DNA of 64,000 nt from Pseudomonadales bacterium (GTDB lineage Bacteria; Pseudomonadota; Gammaproteobacteria; Pseudomonadales; Azotimanducaceae), in assembly GCA_028283025.1 (NCBI GenBank), contig JAPYNO010000045.1, forward strand, positions 13,895 through 77,894. The letters are read 5' to 3'. Shown piece by piece: positions 28,465 through 37,665 of this stretch (the stretch's first letter is position 1; every line of letters starts with the position of its first letter). Made by a program: the position numbers and the translations under genes. The notes under the pieces were generated by a model. The model saw nothing but the letters and a program-made list of their open reading frames with translations, was not told the origin of the DNA and did not search any database.

Positions 28465-29562
28465 TCAGGCGGCGACAAGCTCGGTGCGGACGCGCTGTTG
28501 CAAGGGTTTGCGGAGCCGCGCTGCAAGCTCGCATAGCAAGGACGCAGTGGTCGGCCAATCAATGCAGGCATCGGTGATGGACTTCCCATATTCGAGGGCC
28601 GTCTCGCCCTCAATGAAGGATTGATTGCCGCCTTCAAGATTGGATTCGAGCATGATGCCTGCGATGCTGCGATTGCCAGCTTCGATCTGCGCTGCGACTT
28701 CGCGCGCCACGAACGGCTGGCGCGTGTGGTCCTTGGCTGAATTCGCATGGCTGCAGTCAACGACGATATTGGCGGTGAGACCGGCAGCCTGCATTTGCCG
28801 CTCGGCGTCAGCGATGGATTCGGCGTCGAAATTCGGCCCGCGCACGCCGCCTCGGAGGACTAAATGCCCATCGGCATTGCCGCGGGTGTGAATGATCGCA
28901 ACTTCCCCACGTTGATTGATACCGAGGAAACGGTGCGGCGTGGAGACCGAACGCAATCCGTTGATAGCCACACTCAGCCCGCCATCGGTTGAGTTCTTGA
29001 AGCCGACAGGGCAAGAAAGCCCCGATGCCATTTCTCGATGCGTCTGAGATTCGACAGTTCTTGCGCCGATCGCCGACCAGGCGATGAGGTCTTGCAGGTA
29101 CTGGGGCATGATCGGGTCGAGGGCTTCGGTCGCAATGGGCAGCCCGTATTCTGCCGGGTCTGCGATCTTCAAAAGCAGCTCGCGCGCAATTCTAATGCCT
29201 TCCTCAATGTGAAAGGTGCCGTCGAGATGAGGATCGTTGATGAGGCCCTTCCAGCCGGTTGTTGTGCGCGGCTTCTCAAAATAGACGCGCATGATCAGTA
29301 GCAAAGTGTCTTTGAGCTCGCGCGCGAGCTGCGAGAGGCGCAGAGCATAGTCGAGCGCAGCATCAGGATCGTGGATCGAGCAGGGGCCGGTGATCACGAT
29401 CAAGCGAGGGTCGGCGCCGCGAAGGATGGCGCGAATGTCACGTCTCGAATCGGCGACCGCGTGGGTGAGCGGCTCGCCCATTGGCAGCACCTCTTTCAGC
29501 CCCTTGGGCGAGATGAGGTTTTCCTGTGCGAGCACGTTGGTGTTTTCCGTTTGTTCCATCAT
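28465..29562 (-). CDS. 3-deoxy-7-phosphoheptulonate (DAHP) synthase, class I, paralog 1
   Basis: [49 protein letters not shown] and KSITDACI are colinear with E. coli AroG. The feedback specificity cannot be read from the sequence. Confidence 0.92.
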   Translation of the reverse strand: MMEQTENTNVLAQENLISPKGLKEVLPMGEPLTHAVADSRRDIRAILRGADPRLIVITGPCSIHDPDAALDYALRLSQLARELKDTLLLIMRVYFEKPRTTTGWKGLINDPHLDGTFHIEEGIRIARELLLKIADPAEYGLPIATEALDPIMPQYLQDLIAWSAIGARTVESQTHREMASGLSCPVGFKNSTDGGLSVAINGLRSVSTPHRFLGINQRGEVAIIHTRGNADGHLVLRGGVRGPNFDAESIADAERQMQAAGLTANIVVDCSHANSAKDHTRQPFVAREVAAQIEAGNRSIAGIMLESNLEGGNQSFIEGETALEYGKSITDACIDWPTTASLLCELAARLRKPLQQRVRTELVAA

Positions 29563-29594
29563 GATGAAGAGCGTCTTTCTTGCCTCAAATTATG

Positions 29595-29636
29595 AAAAAA
29601 CCCCGAGGCTTTCTGACCTTGTGCCGACGGGGTTTT
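29595..29636 (-). terminator. Intrinsic-terminator-like hairpin with U-tract in the 5' leader of DAHP synthase paralog 1 (candidate attenuator)
   Basis: The minus strand reads AAAACCCCG-(22 nt)-CGGGGTTTTTT. The U-tract ends 32 nt before the ATG at 29562. No upstream gene on either strand ends here. Confidence 0.4.
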
Positions 29637-29990
29637 GATAGATGCCGAAGGCGGTCATGGCCGCCTCGGGGGATGATGATCCGGTGAAAAGGCGTTGATC
29701 GTCAGTCGAGGCGGTAACTACGCAGCCCGCCAATACCACGCGCAAAGAGCGCATCGCATAGGCGCGCTGCCCGCATCGCTAAATCGCTGTCCTGAGCTAG
29801 ATTTCATGCGGCGCATTATGGAGAGGCTCGCGTGCGCTTGTCAATTCATTGCTCGAAAAGCATTTGTTGTTAACCTACGCCCCCGAGCCTTATCAAATTC
29901 GAGAGTAGCACTTCGCCGTATGAGGGCTATACTTTGACGCTTCATCGAGCCTTCAGACAAGCAAGCTTCAGCGAAGGAGAGCAGTACATC

Positions 29991-31310
29991 ATGACCGTTT
30001 ACCGCAAAGTTGAGCGCTATGCCGACCCGCAGACAAGCAAGACGCCGGCGCACAAAGAGCCTGATCCCGACCTCGGCCACGACTTCATCCCCAAAGAGCG
30101 CTACACCTCGAAGGACTTCATGGCGCTCGAATGGGAGCGGCTGTGGACCAAGGTGTGGCTGATGGGCGCATGGCAAGGGGACCTCAAGAACGCCGGTGAT
30201 TATGTGGTCACCGAAATCGGCAACGAGTCGATTGTCATTACCAAGGATGAAAACGGCAACTACAACGCTTTTTATAACGTCTGCTCGCACCGCGGCAATC
30301 AGGTCGCTTACGGCAGGCGCGGTCACACAGATGCGTTTCGTTGTTCATTTCACCTGTGGGAATACAACCTGCGCGGCGAGCTCACGCATGTGCCCGACGC
30401 CGAGACCTTTGCGCAGGGCGCACCGTGCGACAAGCTCTCTATCGTCAAGCTGCCGTGCGAAACCTGGGGCGGCTGGGTGTGGTTCAGCATGAACCCGGAT
30501 GTTGAGCCTTTGCGCGACTACCTCGACATGATCCCTCAGCATTTGGACCCGTATCACTTTGAGCGTATGACGCTCGTTAACGACATCACCTTCGAATGGG
30601 ACGTCAACTGGAAGACATCTGTGGATGCCTTCAACGAAACCTACCATGTCAACGGCACGCATCCGCAGCTAATGACCTACATTGAGGACATGGATGTGCA
30701 AATCGATTGCTACAAACGGCACAGCCGCTACCTCATCCCGTTCGGCGTGGTCAGTACGCATTGGCAGGACGGCACTGGCATTTCCGAGCCGATGAAGGAG
30801 TATATGCGCATGATGCATCTCGATCCAGACACCTACCAAGGCGATGGGCTTGGCGTGCGGCGTGCAGTGCAGGAGAATTTGCGCAACAACGACAAGGCAC
30901 TTGGGTTTGACTTTGCGGATTTGAACGACGATCAGCTCTCCGACGATTATCATTATCTGATCTTCCCTAACATCACCATGAATATTCATGCCAACAGTGT
31001 GATGATCTTCAGGCAGCGCCCGCACCCAACAGACCCCAACAAAATGCTGTGGGATTTGCAGAACTACATGCTTATGCCCGAGGGTGCGCCCGCGCCTGAG
31101 CGGCCCGAACATCGGCAGTTCAAGCACGGCGAGGAATCCTTGGGCGAAGTGCTCGATCAAGATGCCTCGAATCTGCCGATGGTGCAAAGGGGCATGAATT
31201 CGCGTGGCTTTCGCGGCTTGTGGGTTTCCAAGCAGGAACTGCGCGTGCGTCATTTGCACAAGGTCGTGGATGACTATCTGTATCGGGGCAGCATCAAGTG
31301 GCTCGGCTAG
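29991..31310 (+). CDS. Rieske [2Fe-2S] aromatic-ring-hydroxylating oxygenase, alpha subunit
   Basis: ORF 29934..31310, trimmed to MTVYRK with AAGGAG upstream. Rieske motif CSHRG...(17)...CSFHLW. Mononuclear iron motif NETYHVNGTHP. Confidence 0.85.
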   Translation: MTVYRKVERYADPQTSKTPAHKEPDPDLGHDFIPKERYTSKDFMALEWERLWTKVWLMGAWQGDLKNAGDYVVTEIGNESIVITKDENGNYNAFYNVCSHRGNQVAYGRRGHTDAFRCSFHLWEYNLRGELTHVPDAETFAQGAPCDKLSIVKLPCETWGGWVWFSMNPDVEPLRDYLDMIPQHLDPYHFERMTLVNDITFEWDVNWKTSVDAFNETYHVNGTHPQLMTYIEDMDVQIDCYKRHSRYLIPFGVVSTHWQDGTGISEPMKEYMRMMHLDPDTYQGDGLGVRRAVQENLRNNDKALGFDFADLNDDQLSDDYHYLIFPNITMNIHANSVMIFRQRPHPTDPNKMLWDLQNYMLMPEGAPAPERPEHRQFKHGEESLGEVLDQDASNLPMVQRGMNSRGFRGLWVSKQELRVRHLHKVVDDYLYRGSIKWLG

Positions 31311-31353
31311 CGGCGCGTCTTTCTCAATTCTTTTCTCGACAGGAGCAATTCTC

Positions 31354-32112
31354 ATGGATCTACAAATCAAGGGCGGCAAAGCGCTCATCACCGGCGGTTC
31401 CAAAGGCATCGGCCTTGCCATCGCCCACGCCTTCGCCGATGAAGGCTGCAATGTCGCGATCTGTTCGCGCAGTCAGGACAATGTCGATTCGGCGCTCGCC
31501 GAACTTGCCGCCAAGGGCGTCAACTTCTATGGCGAAGCGGTGGACATCGCCGATGCGGATGCCTTCGCAAGCTGGGTCAAAGGTGCTGCGGATGCCCTCG
31601 GCGGCGTTGACACCTTCGTCTCCAACGCCACAGGCCCGGGCGGCGGCGATGAGAAGGCATGGCAGGGCGGACTCACACACGATATTTTCGGGCTCACGCG
31701 CGGTGTGGCCGCATCCGTCTCGCACTTGGCAGCCTCTGAGAACGCGAGCATTGTCGCCATCTCCTCGACGGCTGCTTTGGAAAAGTTTATCGCTGCCATG
31801 CCTTACAACGCCATGAAAGCGGCTCTTTTGCAGCACGCTGGCGCGCTTGCGTTTGACCTCGCGCCGAAAGGTATTCGCGTCAATTGCGTGACGCCCGGGC
31901 CTATTTTCATTGAAGGCGGTTCATGGGATCGCATCAAGCAGGGCATGCCAGCCCTGTATGAAGGCACGCTTGCGGAAGTGCCCTTGGGACGCATGGGCAC
32001 GGCGGCGGAAGTCGCTGCACAGGTGGTGTTCTTGGCGAGTCCGCTCTCAGGCTTCACCACCGGCACCAACGTGGTTGTCGATGGTGGCCTCACCAAGCGC
32101 ATTCATTTCTAG
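31354..32112 (+). CDS. Short-chain dehydrogenase/reductase (SDR)
   Basis: ORF 31204..32112, trimmed to MDLQIKGGKALITGGSKGIGLAIA with AGGAG upstream. Active-site segment YNAMKAAL. Confidence 0.85.
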   Translation: MDLQIKGGKALITGGSKGIGLAIAHAFADEGCNVAICSRSQDNVDSALAELAAKGVNFYGEAVDIADADAFASWVKGAADALGGVDTFVSNATGPGGGDEKAWQGGLTHDIFGLTRGVAASVSHLAASENASIVAISSTAALEKFIAAMPYNAMKAALLQHAGALAFDLAPKGIRVNCVTPGPIFIEGGSWDRIKQGMPALYEGTLAEVPLGRMGTAAEVAAQVVFLASPLSGFTTGTNVVVDGGLTKRIHF

Positions 32113-32121
32113 GCGATTTCG

Positions 32122-32871
32122 ATGCCAAAGCAAAGCGTTCAGGTCTACATGGTGGTTGCTGGCGACTATCACGACATGGACTATGCGCGCCTCGAACTTT
32201 TGAAGTTGCTTGCGGCAAACGAGCGCATTCGCGTGCATGTAGCTGAAAATTATCACGACCTTGATGCCATCAACGCTTGCGACTGGCTGCTCACCTACAC
32301 CTGCAACCTCGTGCCAGAAAGCCATGAGCAGGAAGTCTTGAGAGCGTTTGTGGCGGGCGGCAAGAAGTGGTTTGCGCTGCACGGCACCAATTCGATCCTT
32401 CGCTTTCTTGAGGACGGCAGGGTTGATAGTCCGGAACTGGCGCCAGTGCTGATGGAAACGCTAGGTTCGCAGTTCATCGCGCACCCGCCGATACAGCCGT
32501 TCAAAGTACGAAACGCAGATCCTGAGCACGAACTCGTCAAAGGTATTGACGAGTTTGAGACAGATGATGAGCTGTACCTGTGCCGAATTCACGGCCAGCT
32601 ACACACGCTGCTTGATACGCGCTATGTCGGCAAAGCCGTTGGTTTCGTGGAAGAGGATTGGCATGAAGACGTCTCGCATCCGGTCTACTACATCAAGAAG
32701 GTTGGCGAGGGCGAAGTGCTGTATCTCAATCTTGGTCACTGCCGTGGTCATTACGACATGCAGCCGATGATCGACTACTATCCCAATATCGAGCGTGGCA
32801 GCTGGGAGAAACCAGAGTATTACGAGCTGCTAAGACGCGGTATCGACTACTGCGTGCGCGGGGTCGCGTGA
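32122..32871 (+). CDS. ThuA-domain (class-I glutamine amidotransferase-like) protein
   Basis: 249 aa. The layout VVAGDYHDMDYARLELLKLL...FALHGTN...DELY resembles ThuA-like proteins. I cannot assign a function. Confidence 0.5.
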   Translation: MPKQSVQVYMVVAGDYHDMDYARLELLKLLAANERIRVHVAENYHDLDAINACDWLLTYTCNLVPESHEQEVLRAFVAGGKKWFALHGTNSILRFLEDGRVDSPELAPVLMETLGSQFIAHPPIQPFKVRNADPEHELVKGIDEFETDDELYLCRIHGQLHTLLDTRYVGKAVGFVEEDWHEDVSHPVYYIKKVGEGEVLYLNLGHCRGHYDMQPMIDYYPNIERGSWEKPEYYELLRRGIDYCVRGVA

Positions 32872-32872
32872 G

Positions 32873-33829
32873 GTGGGTGAGTTTCGCTTCGCGCTGCAAT
32901 CCTTCAATGCCACAAGTGGCGCGGATTGGAGCGAGCAGGCGAGGAAGGCGGAAGCGCTCGGCTATTCCGCACTACACCTGGCAGATCACATTTTGGGGCC
33001 GGGGCCTGCCTTTGAGCGGGCCAACCATCCGCCGCAGACACTTGCCGCAGTGCCAGCGATGGCGCACGCCGCTGCGGTCACTAAAGATCTGAAAATCGGT
33101 TGCCGTGTCTTTTGTATCGACTATCATATACCGATTGTGCTCTTGAAAGAAGCCATGACCATTGATTTGCTGTCGGACGGCCGTTTGGAGCTTGGCCTAG
33201 GCGCTGGCTGGGTGAAAGAAGAATACCGCGCGCTCGGCATGCACATGGACGATGCAAGTGTGCGCATAGACCGGCTTCAAGATATTGTACAAGCGGTCAA
33301 GTGTTGGCGCCAGCCCGGCCTCATGAAGATCACGAACAGAACTATCAATTGGAAGGATTTTGAAGCTGTGCCACAGCCAGTGTCGAAACCGCCTATCATG
33401 ATTGGTGGCGGCAGTCCTCGCGTGCTGCGCCTTGCTGGCCAAGAAGCGGACATTGTGAGCCTCAATTTCAACAATCGAACAGGCATGATTGGCGCCGATG
33501 GCGTGCGGCTCTCGACCGCCTCGGAAACAGCGTGTAAAATTGCATGGATTGAGCAAGGTGCCGGAGACCGATTCAGTGCAATCGAAATCGAGATCGGTGC
33601 CTACTTCACGTTTGTAACGGAGCAAGCGAAGCCGGTGGCCCTACAGTTCGGACAGATGTTTGGCTTGAGCGAGGATGAAATGCTCGCCCATCCGCACGCG
33701 CTTTTTGGCGGTGTGGAGAGCATTTGCGAAGAGCTAGAGCGACGTCGAGAAGCCTTCGGTATTACCTATGTGACCGTGCCAATGGAAGCGGCAGATGCCT
33801 TTGCGCCAGTGGTGGCGCGTCTCGCTTGA
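32873..33829 (+). CDS. Luciferase-like monooxygenase (LLM) family oxidoreductase
   Basis: GTG start. SDGRLELGLGAGW is the LLM signature region. 318 aa. Confidence 0.7.
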   Translation: MGEFRFALQSFNATSGADWSEQARKAEALGYSALHLADHILGPGPAFERANHPPQTLAAVPAMAHAAAVTKDLKIGCRVFCIDYHIPIVLLKEAMTIDLLSDGRLELGLGAGWVKEEYRALGMHMDDASVRIDRLQDIVQAVKCWRQPGLMKITNRTINWKDFEAVPQPVSKPPIMIGGGSPRVLRLAGQEADIVSLNFNNRTGMIGADGVRLSTASETACKIAWIEQGAGDRFSAIEIEIGAYFTFVTEQAKPVALQFGQMFGLSEDEMLAHPHALFGGVESICEELERRREAFGITYVTVPMEAADAFAPVVARLA

Positions 33830-33872
33830 CTGAGATTGCTGACTTGGAAACGCGGGCGAGTCGAGTTTGAAT

Positions 33873-35675
33873 ATGGTCAAGAGTCACCACAATCACAATA
33901 CGCCGGGCACAGAGGCAAGCTTGGCCGCGGGCGTACTGCACGAGGCAGTGCTTGAAACGCTGGCGAGCGCCGTAGTCTCGCTTGAGCCGGGCGGTATGGT
34001 CACGACCTTCAATGCGGCAGCAGGCATGATCACCGGCATAGAACCTGAAGCCGTGATCGGGCGCACGTTCGCAGAGGTGTTCCTTTCGCTAGAGGGCGCT
34101 GAAGAGTTCACGCAAGCTGTGCTCGATGCGATTTACGAAGGCACGCTGGTGCATCAGCGCGTTGTCAATGTCGAATTCCCCTCCGGCAAGCGCGCTCTGG
34201 CGGTCAGCGCGTCGCGAGTGCGCGGCGGCCGCGGCGAGGATGCTGGTGTCGCTGTTGTGTTTGATGACATTTCAGAATTACGCGAGTTGCGTGACAAGGA
34301 ATTGCAGCTTGCGCAAGCGCTCGAAACACAGCACCGCGAATTGCAGCAGGCCTATCTGAAGCTTGAGGCACAAAACGACGAGCTGCAGGTCGTCGAGCGG
34401 CAAGCCCGCCGTTCGCGGATTGGCGGTGTTGTGGCGCTCGGATTCGTGCTGCTGGTGGTTGGCATCTCAGTGGTAAATTTGCAACCGGATGCGCCTGCTG
34501 TAGCGGCTAGCGTCACGCCTCAAGAAAATGATGGCGAAGGGAGGCTTTTTGTGGTCGAACCGCGCGCCGTGTCGCGCGTCGTCAATATCACTGGTCAACT
34601 CGCGCCGAGGCGCGAGGTGGACATCATCAGTCCGATGCAAGCGAGGGTCGCTGCGGTGCATGTGCCATACGGCGTGCGCGTGGTTAAGGATCAGCTTTTG
34701 GTTGAGCTTGATGTGAATCAACTCAACATTGAGCACCGTCAAGCTGAGGCGGCGCATATCAAAGCGATAGAGCGGTTTTCACAAATCGAGAACTGGGAGG
34801 ACAGCGTCGATGTCGCGCGCGCTCGCCGCAGCTTGAACAGAGCGAAAATCGATTTGGAAGATGCGCGCAACAAACTCGAGGAAACAAATTTTCTGCTGGA
34901 ACGCGGGGTGATTCCTTCCTCAGAGCAAGAAGCGGCAACGCGCAATCTGGAAAACCGCCGGTTCGACCTAGAGGCAGCTGAGCAGAGCTTCAAGATCACT
35001 ATTGACAAGGGTGCTTCCGATCGTCGCGTGGCACAACTCGAACTCGACAATGCGCGCGCACGATTTGAAGACCTCAGCGAGACGCTCAAGCTGTCAATGT
35101 TGCGGGCGCCGGTAGCTGGCGTGGTGATGCGGCCGCCAAGTACAGGCGGCGAGCAGCTCACGCGGCTTGCGGCGGGCGATTCGGTCTCTAAAGGTCAGCG
35201 CCTGCTCATTATCGGTGATCTTGACGGGCTGTCGGTTGTTGGGCAGGTGGACGAGGTTGATATTGTCAGCATTCAGGTAGGCAACGAGGCGCTCATCAAA
35301 GGCGACGCCTTTGAAGGACTTGATCTCGCTGCGACCGTCACCAAAGTGTCTTCGCAAGCGAGCAGCAGCTTGGGTTATAGGGCCTTGCCACGGTATGATG
35401 TCGAGGCGAGTGTTGATCGCTTGAGCGCTGATCAGCTCGCACTGCTCCGCCTCGGCATGTCTGCGGTTATCGAAATTGTCGTCTCCGAAAAAGACGATGC
35501 GCTCATGGTGCCCATCGAAGCGGTGTTCGTGCTCGACAATCAGCCAAGCGTCCTTGTGAACAAGGACGGCGAAGTGACCCGTAGGCCGGTCGAGCTTGGG
35601 GAAGTCACAGTGAATGCAATTGAAGTCGTGACAGGGGTCTTTGCAGGCGACGAACTGGTGATTCCCAACTCATGA
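33873..35675 (+). CDS. PAS-domain::HlyD/MacA-type periplasmic adaptor (membrane fusion protein) fusion
   Basis: N-terminal PAS-like segment LETLASAVVSLEPGGMVTTFNAAAGMITGIEPEAVIGRTFAEVF...VVFDDISELRELR. This is followed by a coiled coil, a TM segment (IGGVVALGFVLLVVGISVV), then MFP lipoyl/coiled-coil/beta-barrel regions (LRAPVAGVV..., LRLGMSAVIEIV). The track start at 33867 is TTG, and an ATG lies at 33873. Confidence 0.75.
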   Translation: MVKSHHNHNTPGTEASLAAGVLHEAVLETLASAVVSLEPGGMVTTFNAAAGMITGIEPEAVIGRTFAEVFLSLEGAEEFTQAVLDAIYEGTLVHQRVVNVEFPSGKRALAVSASRVRGGRGEDAGVAVVFDDISELRELRDKELQLAQALETQHRELQQAYLKLEAQNDELQVVERQARRSRIGGVVALGFVLLVVGISVVNLQPDAPAVAASVTPQENDGEGRLFVVEPRAVSRVVNITGQLAPRREVDIISPMQARVAAVHVPYGVRVVKDQLLVELDVNQLNIEHRQAEAAHIKAIERFSQIENWEDSVDVARARRSLNRAKIDLEDARNKLEETNFLLERGVIPSSEQEAATRNLENRRFDLEAAEQSFKITIDKGASDRRVAQLELDNARARFEDLSETLKLSMLRAPVAGVVMRPPSTGGEQLTRLAAGDSVSKGQRLLIIGDLDGLSVVGQVDEVDIVSIQVGNEALIKGDAFEGLDLAATVTKVSSQASSSLGYRALPRYDVEASVDRLSADQLALLRLGMSAVIEIVVSEKDDALMVPIEAVFVLDNQPSVLVNKDGEVTRRPVELGEVTVNAIEVVTGVFAGDELVIPNS

Positions 35676-36421
35676 AGTGGCCGGGTATAAAGGGTAACCG
35701 AGCCTCGTCGAAAGGGTCAACTCAAGATCACTGGCTGCCTGAAGCCGACCAGCCCATATTGAAGCTCTCCGGCGTTTCCAAGCACTTTACGGTGGGGCCG
35801 GTACGCACAAGCATCTTCCACAACATCCATTTGCAGGTGAATGCGGGCGACATGGTGTCGATCATGGGTGCCTCCGGCTCTGGAAAATCGACTTTGATGA
35901 ACATCATGGGATTGCTCGACCGGCCGAGCGGCGGCTCGATTGCACTTGGCGGCCAGAACATTGCGTCAATGGACGACAACGCTCTGTCTGCGCTTCGCAA
36001 TCGGGGATTGGGGTTTGTCTTTCAATCGTTCTTTTTGTTGCCACGCCTGTGTGCTTGGGAAAATGTGGCCCTACCGCTCGCCTATCGCGGCGCACACGGC
36101 GTTGAAGTACGTGAGCAGGCGGAGGATATGCTGTCCAAGGTTGGTTTGGCGGAGCGCCTTGCCCATCGACCGACTGAACTTTCGGGTGGACAGCAGCAGC
36201 GCGTAGCGATCGCACGGGCACTCGTCGGTAGCCCAGCGCTGCTTCTAGCAGACGAGCCCACGGGCGCGCTTGATGCGGAAACGAGTCGTGAAATCATGGA
36301 TTTGTTTGAGCGGCTCAACAGCGATGAAAAAGCCACCTTGGTCCTCATCACCCACGACTATGCAATCGCACGTCGCTGCGAGCGCCATCTTCGCCTGGTC
36401 GATGGCGAGATTGAAGAATGA
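35672..36421 (+). CDS. ABC transporter ATP-binding protein (MacB/LolD-type)
   Basis: Walker A GASGSGKST, signature LSGGQQQRVAIARAL, Walker B LLLADEPTGALD. ATGA overlap with the MFP gene. Confidence 0.9.
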   Translation: MKWPGIKGNRASSKGSTQDHWLPEADQPILKLSGVSKHFTVGPVRTSIFHNIHLQVNAGDMVSIMGASGSGKSTLMNIMGLLDRPSGGSIALGGQNIASMDDNALSALRNRGLGFVFQSFFLLPRLCAWENVALPLAYRGAHGVEVREQAEDMLSKVGLAERLAHRPTELSGGQQQRVAIARALVGSPALLLADEPTGALDAETSREIMDLFERLNSDEKATLVLITHDYAIARRCERHLRLVDGEIEE

Positions 36422-37656
36422 ACGCGCGCGCAGAACTCATATCGCAAGGCGCACTGCCATTTCTATCAGGCAGCATGTTGATGGCGCACGCCAAGGAAGC
36501 TGTCAAGGGATTGGTGTCGAATCTACAACGCAGCGTGTTAGCACTTGCTGGCATTGTCATTGGCATCGCATCGGTGATCGCACTGCTGACGGTTGGCAAT
36601 ATTGCCCGCAACGAGGCGATCAAGCAGTTTGAAGCGCTTGGCACTGACCTCGTATCGGTGTTTGACGTCAGTGATCGTAGTCAAGAGGAAAGGCCGCATG
36701 TGCTCGACATCAATCATGCGACTGCGCTTGCCAATCTGTCGACGATCCAGGCCGCTTCGCCCTATGCCTATGATTCAGCGGAGCTCGTGCTCGGCGGTGA
36801 TAATTACCAATCGTTTCGCCGAGTCGGCGTGAATGAAGCCTTTGCCAACATACATGAAATGAGTTTGCTCGATGGTCGATTCATATCGCCTTTCGACGGG
36901 CGCCGACCATTCGCCGTCATTGGCTCGGAGGTCGCCGATGAGATGCGCAGTGCTGGCACCATGCCTACGGTTGGCACGAATATCCGATTCGGAGGCAGCA
37001 TCTACACCATTGTTGGAGTGCTCGATCATCGCGCTTCGGCTACGCAAGATCTGCGCGTAGAGAGAGCGGTGCTGGTGCCCATTCAAGTAGCGCTGCGCGC
37101 GCTCGGCACTCGCGAGCTGACCGGCGTTACCCTGCGGCTCGAACCTGATGTTCACTATTTGACTGCGACGAACGAGATTCAAGCCTATTTCCAGCGCGCT
37201 GCGCCGGGACTGTACGTGAATGTGCACAGCCCTGTGCGCCTGATCGAGCAAATGGAGAAGCAGATGCGTTTGTTTGCGGTCTTGCTTGGTGCGGTAGCGG
37301 GCATTGCGCTCGTTGTGGGTGGGTTCGGTATTATGAACGCGATGCTCGCATCGGTCACCGAGCGACGAACGGAAATCGGTATCCGCCGGGCACTCGGTGC
37401 GAGGCAGCGCGATATTCAGATCCAGTTCCTCGCTGAATCATCGGTATTGTGTGTTCTTGGCGGATTGATTGGCGCGGTGATCGGCATTGGCGCGACACTC
37501 ATTATTAGCGCCGTTGTTGGCTGGACATGGCTATTCTCAGTGAGCGCAGTCGTGCTTGGGGTCGCTACGGCTGTGGTTGTCGGCTTGGCCTTTGGTTACT
37601 TCCCGGCACGACAAGCAGCGAGGCTTGACCCGATTACGGCGCTGCGCGATTCCTAG
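36418..37656 (+). CDS. ABC transporter permease, MacB/FtsX-type with periplasmic domain
   Basis: 412 aa. One TM segment, a large periplasmic domain, then the FtsX-like C-terminal TM bundle (ERRTEIGIRRALGARQRDI). ATGA overlap with the ATPase gene. Confidence 0.85.
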   Translation: MNARAELISQGALPFLSGSMLMAHAKEAVKGLVSNLQRSVLALAGIVIGIASVIALLTVGNIARNEAIKQFEALGTDLVSVFDVSDRSQEERPHVLDINHATALANLSTIQAASPYAYDSAELVLGGDNYQSFRRVGVNEAFANIHEMSLLDGRFISPFDGRRPFAVIGSEVADEMRSAGTMPTVGTNIRFGGSIYTIVGVLDHRASATQDLRVERAVLVPIQVALRALGTRELTGVTLRLEPDVHYLTATNEIQAYFQRAAPGLYVNVHSPVRLIEQMEKQMRLFAVLLGAVAGIALVVGGFGIMNAMLASVTERRTEIGIRRALGARQRDIQIQFLAESSVLCVLGGLIGAVIGIGATLIISAVVGWTWLFSVSAVVLGVATAVVVGLAFGYFPARQAARLDPITALRDS

Positions 37657-37665
37657 GGAAGCTCA

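Noticed and set aside
30669-31451. 260-aa minus-strand ORF spanning the Rieske/SDR junction
   Set aside because: It is antisense to two well-supported genes and has no motifs.
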